A DNA stretch of 64,000 nt from Camelus ferus (lineage: Eukaryota), in NCBI RefSeq assembly GCF_009834535.1, contig NC_045698.1, positions 12,340,001 to 12,404,000 on the forward strand, given 5' to 3'. Below, one piece after another: positions 39,200-50,685 of this stretch. The notes beneath the pieces were generated by a model that was not told the origin of the DNA, did not search any database, and saw nothing but the letters and a program-made list of their open reading frames with translations. Within the stretch, counting starts at the first letter, position 1; the number at the start of each line of letters is the position of its first letter. A program made the translations under genes and the position numbers.

Positions 39200-40835
39200 A
39201 CTACCCATCTCAAACTCCTGATCTCCAATGCTGAGTCTTGCCTTTCAGGTACCGTTTCTACAGCAGTCCTTTTGGGACATCTCCACCCCCCACCTTCAAG
39301 ACTGGCTTTGGTGTCTATCAGGTTTCATGGCTAAGTGGTGGCGTGTGGTGATGGTCCAGAATAGTGGAGGAAGTAGATGGGAGTGCCACCACACTGATGA
39401 TGTGTCTGAGTCATGGACTGATGGAAATCGAAACTCAGTTCAGCCCTAAGACTTGAACTTTTAACTCTTGGAAGGAACAGGCTTCTGTTAAGTGGCTTCT
39501 TAAGGAGGGCACCCACCCTCCACAAAATGAGGCTTATAATATCTGAAACTGTTCATCAACTCAGGGCTCTTAAGGAGCTTGACTTTTCCAAACTATTCAT
39601 TTCCCATTAGTTAGAGCAAGGGCTGGTTAAACAGAGAGATTTTTGTTCAACTGATAAAGGCTCCAACCCAGCAAGACACATGGTGGGCTGGCCCTACCAT
39701 CATTTATCCAGAAAACCTTCACCCCTGTTCAATGTTGGGGGATGAGATCCAAAAGGAGATTCCAAGAAGTGATGTTTGCTCTTGGCTATGTGTGAGCAGT
39801 GATGTTCTCAAACTAATTCCCAACTTATTTTGGTTTACCAGCCCTTTTTTGAATCTGATGAAACTTTTTCCTAGAAAAAGATTCCACACACAAAATTTTA
39901 TGTATGATTTTGGGACATATAGTCCCATCCATGGCCCAGAGGTTGAGCACATTTGGTTTATACATGGCAGTGAGTAAGGATACCAGGATAGATTGATGAC
40001 TGTCTCAGAAGATTCTTCTCTGACACTGGAAAATCCAATTTGGAACAAGTCATGGTGAAAATAATTGATCAATCCATCCCTAAGGATCAAGCAGACTGAA
40101 TTGATCTTCCTGTTATGCTTAATTTGGAGACTATAGTTATGGTCTGTGGGGAAGAGTGATTTGATTTAAACGATATCCTTTAACACAATGCTCACTTGTT
40201 AACCAAGGTAGTGGAATACCTCCAGAGAACAGCGGAGAGAGAGGCCTTCAGTGGTGTGCTTAAATTACCTCCCTTCTTATGAGAACAACAGTGAGACACT
40301 TTAAAAAATTTTTACCATTGCTCAACCTGTATGAATTTAAAAACTAAAACTGAAAGAGGAAGTCTAGAAGCCTCGTCCCAACTCCTGTAATTGTTCAATC
40401 TTGACACTAAAGGGAAAGAAAAAGACCACAACATTACCACTGGCTTTTCCCACCATCCTAAGACGGCAGTGCCCTTCATAGCAGTGGACATCAGTAGCCT
40501 GAAAAGGGCCAGCGCTGGAGCTGTCGACAGTGCCCTGTGTATTTTTATCAAAATTCTTAATTCTCTACCACCTGAGGCCTTAAGCCAGCATGGGGTGCTC
40601 AGTACGGGCCTCTCTGGGGCAGCTCGGAGTATCTGTGATTAGAAGCGTGGAGTAGAAGACAGCACTGTTCAGGACAGTCATAAAACACAAGTTAAACACG
40701 GTGATCTGCCTCTGCCTCTCCAGGAGAATTATATCACACCCCAAACACACCCTGCCCAAAGGACTTGTCGGGAGTGGTCTGTTTTAGTACACAGACTTCT
40801 CTTTTGAAAAAAATATTGAGTGAAAAGTGTATTAC

Positions 40836-40957
40836 TGTCCTTTATGGACAGTAATAAAGGACAGAAATAGACTCACAGACAGAGAATACAGACTTGTGGT
40901 TACCAGGGGGGTGGAGGGTGGGAAGGGATAGACTGGGATTTCAAAAAAAAAAAAAAA
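40836..40957 (+). mobile_element. Very short camelid L1 3'-UTR insertion with A15 tail and 13-bp TSD
   Basis: ACAGAAATAGACTCACAGACAGAGAATACAGACTTGTGGTTACCAGG...GGGATTTC(A)15; AAAAGTGTATTAC at 40823-40835 and 40954-40966. Confidence 0.9.
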
Positions 40958-40994
40958 GTGTATTACATTTAGTGGCTTTTCAAATGTCAAGGGT

Positions 40995-40995
<1 letters not shown>

Positions 40996-41032
<37 letters not shown>
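40996..41032. repeat. (TG)n microsatellite; a second TG/TTTG/TTTA compound repeat lies at 41314-41365
   Basis: Direct reading. Confidence 0.95.
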
Positions 41033-41035
<3 letters not shown>

Positions 41036-41430
41036 ATGTGACAACTCGTCAACTCTGGCAGGCATTAAATTGCAAAGGAGGGTGTTAAACTGTGGTGTTT
41101 ATGAGAAATCTGTGTAGACACCTAACTACCAATGATGCCAAAGCCCTGGTCCTACCTGGGGGTCTCCAGAGTTTCTTTCTCTACCGACTTGTTTAACTCG
41201 GAGCTTGAAGAACAGAGGTGAGTAACAGTTAGGAGTGGATTCCCTGAATCAGTCACCTGGTTTGTTATGATTTCAGAAAGATTTCCATTTCTTACATCCA
41301 AGGGTGTAAATATTGTGTGTGTGTGTGTGTGTGTTTGTTTGTTTGTTTGTTTGTTTATTTATTTATATCCTCGGTGATGGTTAGAGACTTTTTGCTTTTG
41401 ACAATCAGCAGATTCTTATTCAGCTGCTTG

Positions 41431-41628
41431 CAGTTGGCCCTCCATGTCCCCATGTGTTGGATTTTGCATCAGCAGATTCACCAACCTTGCATCCATCCCA
41501 TCCACCCGCATTCCATCAGCAGATGGACCCCACTCCCACCCCCATCAGTATGAAGGGACTTGTGGTACCTACAGGGAGGTTGGGAGTGGGGGCTGGAACC
41601 AATCTCCCATGGATACTGAGGGACACCG
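41431..41628. mobile_element. MER2/Tigger-type Tc1-mariner MITE, decayed
   Basis: CAGTTGGCCCTCCATG...GATTCACCAACC and CTGGAACCAATCTCCCATGGATACTGAGGGACACCG-TA termini. Confidence 0.7.
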
Positions 41629-42119
41629 TATGCTCCTTTTTTTTTGTCAATTGTCCCGTAACAGGGACATGACCATGTTTAGCTGAAGTTGGATGCTGAG
41701 CTCATGAAGTGGTAAGTGGACTAGAAATGACCATCTAACACCATATATTCACCAAAAGCCATTCATTGTTAACAAACTAAGGTCAATGTAAGTACAAAGT
41801 TGGCATTTTTTTAAGTTAGCGGGATTGAATGATTCCTGTGGCTAAAATTCAAGATAATTTACATACCATATTATTCACCTATTTAAAGTATACAATTTAC
41901 TGGTTTTCAGTATATTCATAGGGTTGTACAACAGATCATCACAACCCAATTCTAGAACGTTTTTATCCTTCCCATAAAAGAGCCCAGTGCCTATTGACAG
42001 ACCTTCCATATCCACCTTGGGTTACCCCATCACGGTAACTATTTTCCTTGAACTTTAGTTTCTTGAATTTATTTATTAAAAGTATTAAACAGTATACACA
42101 GCATCAACCATGGCAAAGA

Positions 42120-42437
42120 GCAATTTTATTTAATAAAAAAATAACTTTATTCAGGAATTGCAATTCAGGACAAACAAACTATGGCAAACCACAGGCCAAT
42201 CCAGAGGACAAAGAAGAAGAGCGTTATTTTATAGAGAGAAGGAGGAAACTGAGGGTGGTGTTTTGAGTAAAAGTTCTTTGGAGGAAAATAGGAGTTTGAA
42301 GTGGTGATGGCTTCTCATTGTGAGGACAGCCTGCTGTTGCCCCCCAGAGAGGAAATCTTCCTTCTTCCTAGAGCCGGACTATGCTTGCTTCCATGGCTTC
42401 CCCAATTTTGAGTTAGGTTTGTTTAATACATTTTCAC
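42120..42437 (-). mobile_element. LTR-like fragment (family unresolved)
   Basis: ACTTTATT (rc AATAAAGT) near one end and ...TAATACATTTTCACA terminus. Confidence 0.5.
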
Positions 42438-42627
42438 AGCAGTGTGCTACAAACAGTATAAACAGCAGTACACAAACACAGGGCTGTGCTAAGTGATTGA
42501 CACAGATCGTCCATTTAACAGACATGAATTGAATGACTATTATATGCCAGGCATTGTTCTGAGGCTTAGTATGGTCAGGAACAAAACAGACACACATTCC
42601 TGCCTGTGCGGAACATACATCCTAGTA

Positions 42628-42820
42628 GTGTCAAATTCTAGTGTTCAGCACAATTTTTCAGTCATACACGGACATATACCCACTCATTATCACATGGTTT
42701 CCTCTGTGATTCCCTGTGCTATACAGTATAATCTTGTTTATCTATTCTACAATTTTGAAATCCCGTCTATCCCTTCCCACCCTCCACCCCCCTGGCAACC
42801 ACAAGTCTATATTCTATGTG
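42628..42820 (-). mobile_element. Camelid L1 3'-UTR fragment lacking both poly(A) and 5' end
   Basis: CCCTGTGCTATACAGTATAATCTTGTTTATCTATTCTACAATTTTGAAATCCC..CTATCCCTTCCCACCCTCC..CCTGGCAACCACAAGTCT. Confidence 0.85.
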
Positions 42821-42889
42821 TTATCATTATTTTTGAATACTGCTACACTGGTATGAAAACTATTTGAAAGGAATTATACTTGGGATTTT

Positions 42890-43182
42890 TCTTTATTGAG
42901 ATACAATATTTTGAGACACATAACATTATATTAGTTTCTGGTGTATAGCATAACGGTTCAACATTTGTATATATTGAAAAATGATCACCATATCTGTCCA
43001 TCAGCACACATAGTTACATGTTTTCTTCTTGTAATGAGAACTTTTAAGATTTACTCTCTTAGCAACTTTCAAATATACGGTACAGTATTATTAACCATAG
43101 TCACCATGATGTCCATTATATCCTCAGGAAGTATTTTAAACTGGAAGTTTGTACCTCTTGACCTCCTTTACCCATTTTGCCT
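42890..43182 (-). mobile_element. L1MA9-like 3' end
   Basis: TAATGAGAACTTTTAAGATTTACTCTCTTAGCAACTTTCAAATATAC...AACTGGAAGTTTGTACC. Confidence 0.85.
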
Positions 43183-43245
43183 CCAAATGGGATTTTCTTA
43201 AAGGGCAATATTAAAAGGGTTTTAAGAGATAGTATTTTGACCCAG

Positions 43246-43721
43246 TGTCAACTGAAAAAAAAAACAAAACCCAGCCTAAAAGTTGTGAGTTATGTTTTGT
43301 TCAAGAACCTTACTGAAGACTAAGTAAGGTGATAGCCTCTCAGATAGCTCTGAGAAACTCTTCTGCCAGGTAAGGGAGGAGCCAGGATATACAGGAGTTT
43401 TTGCAGAAACAAAACAAAACATGTAGTTGAACATCAAACAATTACTGCTAATCACAAAAAATAGACACCTCAAATTAACGATGTTAGTGTGTAACGATTT
43501 CTGTGAATGGGAAGAAGCAAGAGTGTGAACTTATTGAAATTATTCCTTAGATGTACATTTAACTGTCTAGGGCCAGTATCCTAATTTCCTCCAGCCTGAA
43601 TCCCCTCTGGGTGCACCATCCGGGGCTGGTGCAGTGGCTGATGGCTTAATGGCGGGCAACATTCTTTGTTTACTGGAATGGCCAGCAACATTTTTTTTTT
43701 TTTTTTTTTTTTTTGTCCACA
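43246..43721 (-). mobile_element. ERV1-type solo LTR (second cetartiodactyl family)
   Basis: TGTCAACTG...GTCCACA termini, 4-bp flanks CCAG/CTAG, internal CCTCTCAGATAGCTCTGAG and GGTAAGGGAGGAGCCAGGATATA. Confidence 0.85.
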
Positions 43722-44224
43722 CTAGAAATAAGAACACTTAAATTCAGGCACTCGTTCCCCATGAGATCCTGGAAGAGAATTTGTGTGCAGAGAATAAACA
43801 TGGAAGAGCAGAAGAAAGAAACACTTCATTGGTCCCTGGGGTGTGGCTCTGGGTTGTCTGGAGCTTGGCTGGACCCCACCGGAAAGCTCCTCTAAGCTGT
43901 GTGTGCCCGAAAGCCCTTGGACACAGGCTGGCTGCGGTGTGTACTCTGGCCTAAACCCCAGTCCTTGATCTTCCGGGGCTGATTTGAAGAGGAGCACTCT
44001 TGAACGCGGGTGGCTGAGAAAGGGGCAGGTGAGGTGGAAACAGAACTTTCTGCCCTGGGTGCAGTCTAGGCCTTCTTATCTATTCATTCCACAAATATGC
44101 ATTGAATACTTGTTATGAGTCATCAGTATAATGGCTTCTGGGGGTTTAGGAATGAACAAAGGCCTTGGCCCCCTGGAATTTATAATTGATTGGGGGAAAG
44201 ACTTTAAAAATGATTCCAGTAAAG

Positions 44225-44420
44225 CGCAGTGGCCCTGCTGCATAGCATAGTGGTGAAGGTGCCAAGCGTGGGAGGCAGATGTCTTGGGTTGGCCTCCCAC
44301 CTGTGACCTTGGGCAACTCAACCTCTTTGTGACTCACTTTCCACAATTGTAAAATAGGGGTAATGATAATGGTATCTACCCCCCTGGGGTTGCTTAGGAC
44401 AGAGTGAGTGTTCAACAATA
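44225..44420 (+). mobile_element. MIR SINE
   Basis: CTGTGACCTTGGGCAAC.CAACCTCT...TGTAAAATAGGGGTAATGATAATGGTATCTACC. Confidence 0.75.
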
Positions 44421-45863
44421 CTGCAGGAGTTTTCTCTAGTCCAGGAGAAGGAGGGTGCGTTTGCTCACAGGTGTCTTCCATGGTAGCCTCAGGGAAGGAA
44501 GAATCCACACTCACAGCACTGTCACCTGTATCCCTTTGGAAGTTCCCAGAACTTGGATGTGGGCCAATATAATTGCCTAGAATTCAACTCACCCTGATCA
44601 GCAGTCCTACTCGGGAGTCCAGTGGGTTTGCCTTTTTCCTGATTCAACCTGGACAAGGAGAGCATTCAGGATGGGAGGAGGGGCAGACAGGGGCCCTGAA
44701 TTTCTCCTCCTTAGGTCAGTATCCTTTATAGGTCAGTATCCTCCTGCTTTTTGTTCTTTTTCCTGAGACCACCATAGGCTTGACAGTATTGTGATACATC
44801 AGGTTGGGTGGGGGGTCAGGTGCAAATCAGTGCTCTATCATGTAGGTATGGTCCCATGGTTCACATGGTCCCCACCCCCTCTTTCCTACTCCAGGATTTC
44901 CTCCTGAGAGGAAGGAGATTAGGGGGTTCCTTCAAAAAATACCACTTTGATGCTATCCTCAGAAGCTTCTAAAATAGAACAAGACAGGGCATTGAGTTCT
45001 TCATAAAGCCATCCCTGATTCTAGATTAAAAATCAGCCCTCTACACCAATTCCCACATTAAATTACTTTTATTTACTCTGGCCAATCAAACCACTAGGCA
45101 AAACTAAATGACAAACAAGCCTTATGCTATAAGAATAACTCCAGATGACAGAGCACTTGCAATGAACAAAACTGAACCATATGAATTCTCTCCCATTATC
45201 CAATGAATCTCTTATTCTCCCAGAGAATCCAAACAACCCAAAGTAAATGCATTTTCATCTTGTTGTCACTGAAAAAATTGAATCTGGAGAAGGAAGGAAG
45301 AAAGGAAAGAAAGAGGGAGAAAGAAAAAAAAAAAAGAAAGAAATTTCTTTTTTTTCCACATGGAAATTAAAATTCCAAACCCCCTTCCTCATTTGTTGTT
45401 AAATTTTGAAGATCATCAACCCATTACCCATTTTAAGAATTAATACATGGGGTTTGGCCAGGAGGCAGCCCAGGACCGCCAGCTCCAAACGCTTGCCCTT
45501 TTGAGCATCAATCACCCCAGGGAGGCTGCGTATTTCCTCCTGGTCACTTTCCCCGCAGTTTTGGGGGTCAGCCACGCCCCAAGTTTGACAGTGTGCAATT
45601 CTCCTGAGGGGTGAATTCCAGTACATATAGTTCCTCTTTAGCTGTGTACATCATATTTAATGAATAATTGAGACAATTAACTACTCTAATGGTCATACTT
45701 CGGTCTTTTAAAAAATAATTTAAATGGCATTTTTTAGCACAAACGTGGGTCAAAGTTTCAGACTTATAACAACTATATATAAAAGCAGCAAATAATAAAA
45801 TGAGGCACTTTTGATTTGCAAACAAATGTGAACTTGGGACTCACGGGTGACTTTTGCCGTTTT

Positions 45864-45924
45864 TTTTTTTTAATGGACATAGAGTCAGTTTACAATGTTG
45901 TGTCAGTTTCTAGTGTACAGCATA
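45864..45924 (-). mobile_element. Extremely truncated L1 3' end
   Basis: T-tract then AGTCAGTTTACAATGTTGTGTCAGTTTCTAGTGTACAGCATA; flanks GACTTTTGCCGTTTT / GACATTTGCAGTTTT form a decayed TSD. Confidence 0.8.
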
Positions 45925-46960
45925 GACATTTGCAGTTTTGATCAGCTCAGCAGTCAACTTATTTCTTTGTCTTATTTTGCGTGCACAATATTGAGAAAAA
46001 TCCCGTCTGATGCAGCCAAATAATAGCAAGTTATAAACATTTTAGAAACACCTCATCTTGCAGTCTCAGGATCCTCTCCATTTAAACTTAATTCAGAGAT
46101 TTGGGAGGGGGGTAGCAGGAAATGTTTGTTGCAAAGTTGGATCACTAAGAATATCTTCTTGATTTGTTTTTCATTCACTCACAATTGCATAACTGACCAT
46201 TAGACCATGACTAGAATATGTGTGAACAACATGTCTGGGGCTTGCGGAGTTTTGACTGGGGGACGATGTGTTGTAGGCCTAACTCCCTTGAGCAACTCTA
46301 CATGAACGGATCGGCGTAGGCTCGAACTTTTAAATGATTTTAGCCATTTTAGATGCATACAGTTTAATGGCATTGGGGACATTCACAGTGTTGTGCAACC
46401 ATCACTGCTATCCCCTACTTTGGTTTTACAAGTTATTTCTGAGAGTCTATGTCTCGCTATTTTGAAAGGGGCACATGTATACATCAAGCGTGTTAAAGTC
46501 ACTGCTCATACAATTGCCTAAGTACTAATACCTTAGCTCACATCGACCCTAGCTTTGATTAATCTCTTTAATTCAAGGTTGCTTTCCCCACATCCCCTTC
46601 CTTAAGGTTAGGATTCTTCTGGACTGTCCTTTCCTGGCAGTATTTCCAGAAGATTCAGGACCCTTGAGGATGCTGAGAATTGGAACATTCCATGTGACCA
46701 GATCCCTAGCTAGTGTCTTCAAGACTTAAATTAGCAACCTACCCTAATTTCTTTAGTTAGCATCTTACCTGTTCCCTGAGCTAATCCTAATGACCTAAAA
46801 TCTCATCAACTTCTTTCTGAAGAAAACCAGAACATTCACTCCTATGACATCTCCTTTTTTCCCCCCTTTTTGTTAGAACAGAAAAAAATGGAGAGTCAAC
46901 TACACTTTTCCTCTATACATGAGAAGTAATTGTTGATCAAAAGGTCCCATTTTACCAGAA

Positions 46961-48200
46961 GATCCTCACAAGAGCCCTAGGAGAATACGTCATCTCCATT
47001 GTACTGTTGATGAGATGGAAGCACAGAGAAGTTAAGCCATCTGTTCCAGGTCACACAGCTGGGTGAGTGCAGAGCTGGGACACAAACCCAGGCAGCCAGC
47101 TTCAGATCCCACCCCTGACCACTGGGCCACAGAGCCTCATATTTAAGGACCACTTCTCTTACTGATACCATCACGAGTCCGCTCCAGAACTTCAGGGTCA
47201 GGGAGGAAATTTGTGTCACCAACAAGAAAGACACAAGTGGACCAAAAGCTAGAGGCCTGGGTTTTTGTTCTAGTACTTTCTCTATCTTCCCATGTGACTT
47301 GGACACACCCCATAGCTCTTTGGGATCCTACTTTGTTATAAAACGAGGGTGTTACGAGTGATCACCATTGAGAACTGAATCTGTGGGCTCGGAGGACACG
47401 TGCCGTAGATGAGCTGGGGCAGGGCCAGCTCCAGAGACTGGAGGGCCCAGGGCAAGATAAAAATTCAGAGGGGGCCCTTCTTCAAAAGGTGCTAAAAATT
47501 TAAGACAGGGACAGCAGAGCAGCAACCAGATGCAAGGCCCTTCTGAGCGTGTGCACCCTTATCTGCAGAAGGAACCACAGCAGCGCGTTTCTGTTGGGGG
47601 ATCTGGAGCCAGAAGCTGACACTGGGGGAGGCTCTTGAGAGAGTTCTTATCAGGAGACAACTCAGCACTTGGCAAGTCCCGAGATTTCAGCCGGATCCTT
47701 ATCGTGCTGTAAGCACTGGTGAGTGATGCTCTCAGTGCCTGAGAGTGGGGTGCTGGCTGGAAGGACATTAGCAGAGAAACCCACATTAAAACTGAGAGCC
47801 AGCTTAGAGATAGTCATAACTCCCTCATTCTATAAAGAATGTAGGACCCAAGTCATGTAGGGAGATAGAGAAAGTTCCAGAACTAGAACCCAGGTCTCTA
47901 CCTCCCAGTTACTGTGTCTTCTTGTCTGTGACACAAATTTTCCCCCAGCCCTGGAGTTCTGGGGAGGAGTCGTGATGGTATCAGGAGAGAAGCAGTTCTA
48001 AATATACACATATAATGAGGGCACTGTGGCCCTGGTGGTTAGGTGTGGGCTCTGGAACTGGCTGCCTGGGCTTGTGTCCCAGCTCTGCACTTGCTTCTCT
48101 GTGTGACCTGGGACAGCTTGCTTAACCTCTCTGTGCTTCACGCTCATCTGTACCATGGAGATGACAGTAGTATTCTCCTCTTAGGACTGCTGTGAGGATC
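46961..48200. repeat. Imperfect inverted duplication: arms 46961-47363 and 47809-48200, 445-bp spacer
   Basis: Manual alignment: exact reverse-complement blocks of 20 bp (47066-47085 / 48072-48091), 15 bp (47162-47176 / 47970-47984) and 13 bp (47207-47219 / 47928-47940; 47275-47287 / 47863-47875), all colinear; each arm is a MIR plus unique sequence plus a MIR-like piece. Confidence 0.93.
47420..47559 (-). mobile_element. MER45A-like fragment in the spacer of the inverted repeat
   Basis: Reverse complement reads GCTCAGAAGGGCC...GCTCTGCTGTCCCTGTCTTAAATT...CTGGGCCC...GCTGGCCCTG, homologous to 3112-3287. Confidence 0.75.
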
Positions 48201-48245
48201 ATAAGAAGTACTGTACCCAGAGAGATGAACAGAGAATTCAATACA

Positions 48246-48632
48246 TGTTATAGCCTAAATGTCTGTGTCCCCCCAAATTCATATGTTGAAGCCCTAACCC
48301 CCAATGTGGTGGTATTAGGAGGTAGAACCTTTGGGAGGTCATTAGTTTTAGATGAGCTCATGAGAGTGGGGTACCCCTGATGGGCTTAGGGTCCTTATAA
48401 GGAGAGGAAGAGAGATGAGAGATCTGGGTTGTTAATTTTTTCCCTCTCCACCATGTAAGGACACGGTGAGAAGGTGGCCGTCTGCAAACCAGGAAGAGAG
48501 GACTCATCAGACCCTGAAACAGCCGCACCTTGATCTTGGACTCCCCAGGCCTCCTGAAGTGAGAAATCATACCCGCTGTTTCAGCTGCTGGTCTGTGGTG
48601 TTTGGTTCCAGCAGCCTGAGATGACTAAGACA
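48246..48632 (+). mobile_element. MLT1A-like MaLR solo LTR
   Basis: TGTTATAG..AATGTCTGTGTCCCCCCAAATTCATATGTTGAAGCCCTAACCCCCAATGTG...GACTAAGACA. Confidence 0.9.
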
Positions 48633-49459
48633 ATCAGCATTTTATTACTTGGAGACAAACAGAACCGGCCGCTTCATCTCCTGTCGCAGGTTACTCAGCT
48701 TCTCTTGGCTGTGGCTTCCTCTGTGTGAAGGGACACAGCGGCCACGCCCACCTCCCAGGGCTGCTGCCAGAGGCCCGCACACTGGCGGGCAGGTCAGGGA
48801 GCTGAGTAAATGGCAGTCTGCAGCAATGTTAGCTAGTATATAAAATCCCAAGTTCTGGAAATCACCAGTTTTTTACAGAAAGGACCTGCCTCTCATTAAA
48901 CAGAGGATAAAACCAGGACCTGAAGTCCCATCCTGCTCTGTGCCACCCCCTCCCCCAACCAGGACCACCCACCCTGAGGCCCATAGCCGGTGACGCGCCA
49001 GGACCTGGGCTGCTGGGCGCAGTGCCCTCGCGTGGATGACTCGCTCTGAAGGCCACTGAACCCATCTCACTCCTAAAATACTTGCTGACCACTGACTCTA
49101 AAGGCTGTGAGACCAGCAGCAGGAGAATAATAAAAACAATACAACCAAACCAAAAACCAAACCTCTGACATCAGCTAGCTTGCAGGATAAAGGCGAGAAT
49201 GAACAGGGTCTGTAACATTTACAGACAGCATCGCGGGCTGCATCCACGAACCTGCTCCAACTGAAGGGTCCCCGCTGTGGTCGGACAAGGATATTGGAGA
49301 GAGGGGACAGCTGGGTGGCATTTGCAAAATGATCTTGACATTTGATGGGGAAACCCCACTTGACAATCATACTCATATGTGTAAAATGAAAAAGCAAGTG
49401 GTGGATTTTGATTCAGTCCAAGGCTATTTACAAAAAATAATAATTTAGAAAATACCAGG

Positions 49460-49759
49460 AATGACACAAATGAACTTATTTATAAAACAGAAACAGACTC
49501 GCATACATAGAAAACAAACTTATGGTTTCCAAAGGGAAAGGGTGGGGGATAAATTAGGAGTTTGGGATTAGCAGATACAAAGTACTATAATAAAATAAAC
49601 AGCAGGTTTCTACTATACAGCACAAGGAACTATATTCATCTTGTAATAACCTATAATGAAAAAATGTGTATGTATATAACTGAATCACTGTGCTGTACAC
49701 CAGAAAGTAACACGACATTGTAAATCAACTATATATACTTCAATTAAAAAAAAAAAAAA
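49460..49759 (+). mobile_element. LINE-1 3' end (cetartiodactyl-type) with poly(A)
   Basis: ATGACACAAATGAACTTATTTATAAAACAGAAACAGACTC...GAATCACTGTGCTGTACACCAGAAA...CTTCAATT(A)n. Confidence 0.9.
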
Positions 49760-50514
49760 CTAAGAATGTAATAACAGTTTCCAAGGCTGGTTAAAAAGGA
49801 GGTAAGAGTATTGTGAGACAGAAAAAAACAAACCAAAACAAAATGCTTCGATGGAGATTATTTTCCTCTGTTGGGAGATGTGATTTTTAAACAATGACCT
49901 TCACATCCTGCTTACACCAGTTGTTAAAATTAGCATTTGCGGTTTTTGTTTTAGTCTCTCCTGGGCATAGGCTATGAAACCAACCACCTTTGACATAGAA
50001 CAACTTCATTCTAAGAAAAGGGAAGTTGGGAATTTCCAAGCGTGGCTAAAAAATACAGGAATGTGAGGGCCCAGCTCTGACTCCCCCGGACAACCTTGAA
50101 GGTGCATCTCCTGGGGCTGTGTGTCCCTCCCTCCCTTCCACAGTGTCACAGGTCCACATGCGTTTGTGTACATCGACGGTGTTCTGGGGAGAGGCAGAAA
50201 GGAGAAAGCTTTGTGGACACAATGTTCCTCCATGATGCGCTGTGCAACCTCTATTCTGTTTGCTGAGGCTGAATACAAAATGATCACCATTCGTGGGGAG
50301 CAAAAGCACCAAACATCACCCTGAAGCCCCTAAGAGAAATTTCATTGAAGACTTAATGTTATCAGTCTTGTGGAAGTCTCATTTCAGCCCAAGCATAGAT
50401 TTGAAAATTTTTATTGTGTCATAGGGAACTTGTGTTCCATTTTGATGGAGGGTGAGTGACTGATTTTAAAATACTGGCCATTGATGACGAGTTCAGGAGA
50501 AATCTCAGTTCTCA

Positions 50515-50685
50515 GAGGGATGCGTGTCTGAGTGTGGTCCCCAGACCGGCACGCTCAGCATTACCTGGGAACTTGTCAAAAATGCACATTCTGGGCTCTC
50601 AGATCCATGGAGTCAGACACTCAGGAAGCAGGGCCCAGAAACCTGTGCTTTAATTGCCCTACAGGGGATACTGATGCAGGCATAC
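50515..50685. mobile_element. MER5A-like hAT-Charlie MITE (further MER5-like pieces near 560-690 and 51975-52100)
   Basis: GTGTGGTCCCCAGACC..CAGCATTACCTGGGAACTTGTCAAAAATGCACATTCTGGG...CTGTGCTTTAA...CTGATGCA. Confidence 0.8.
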
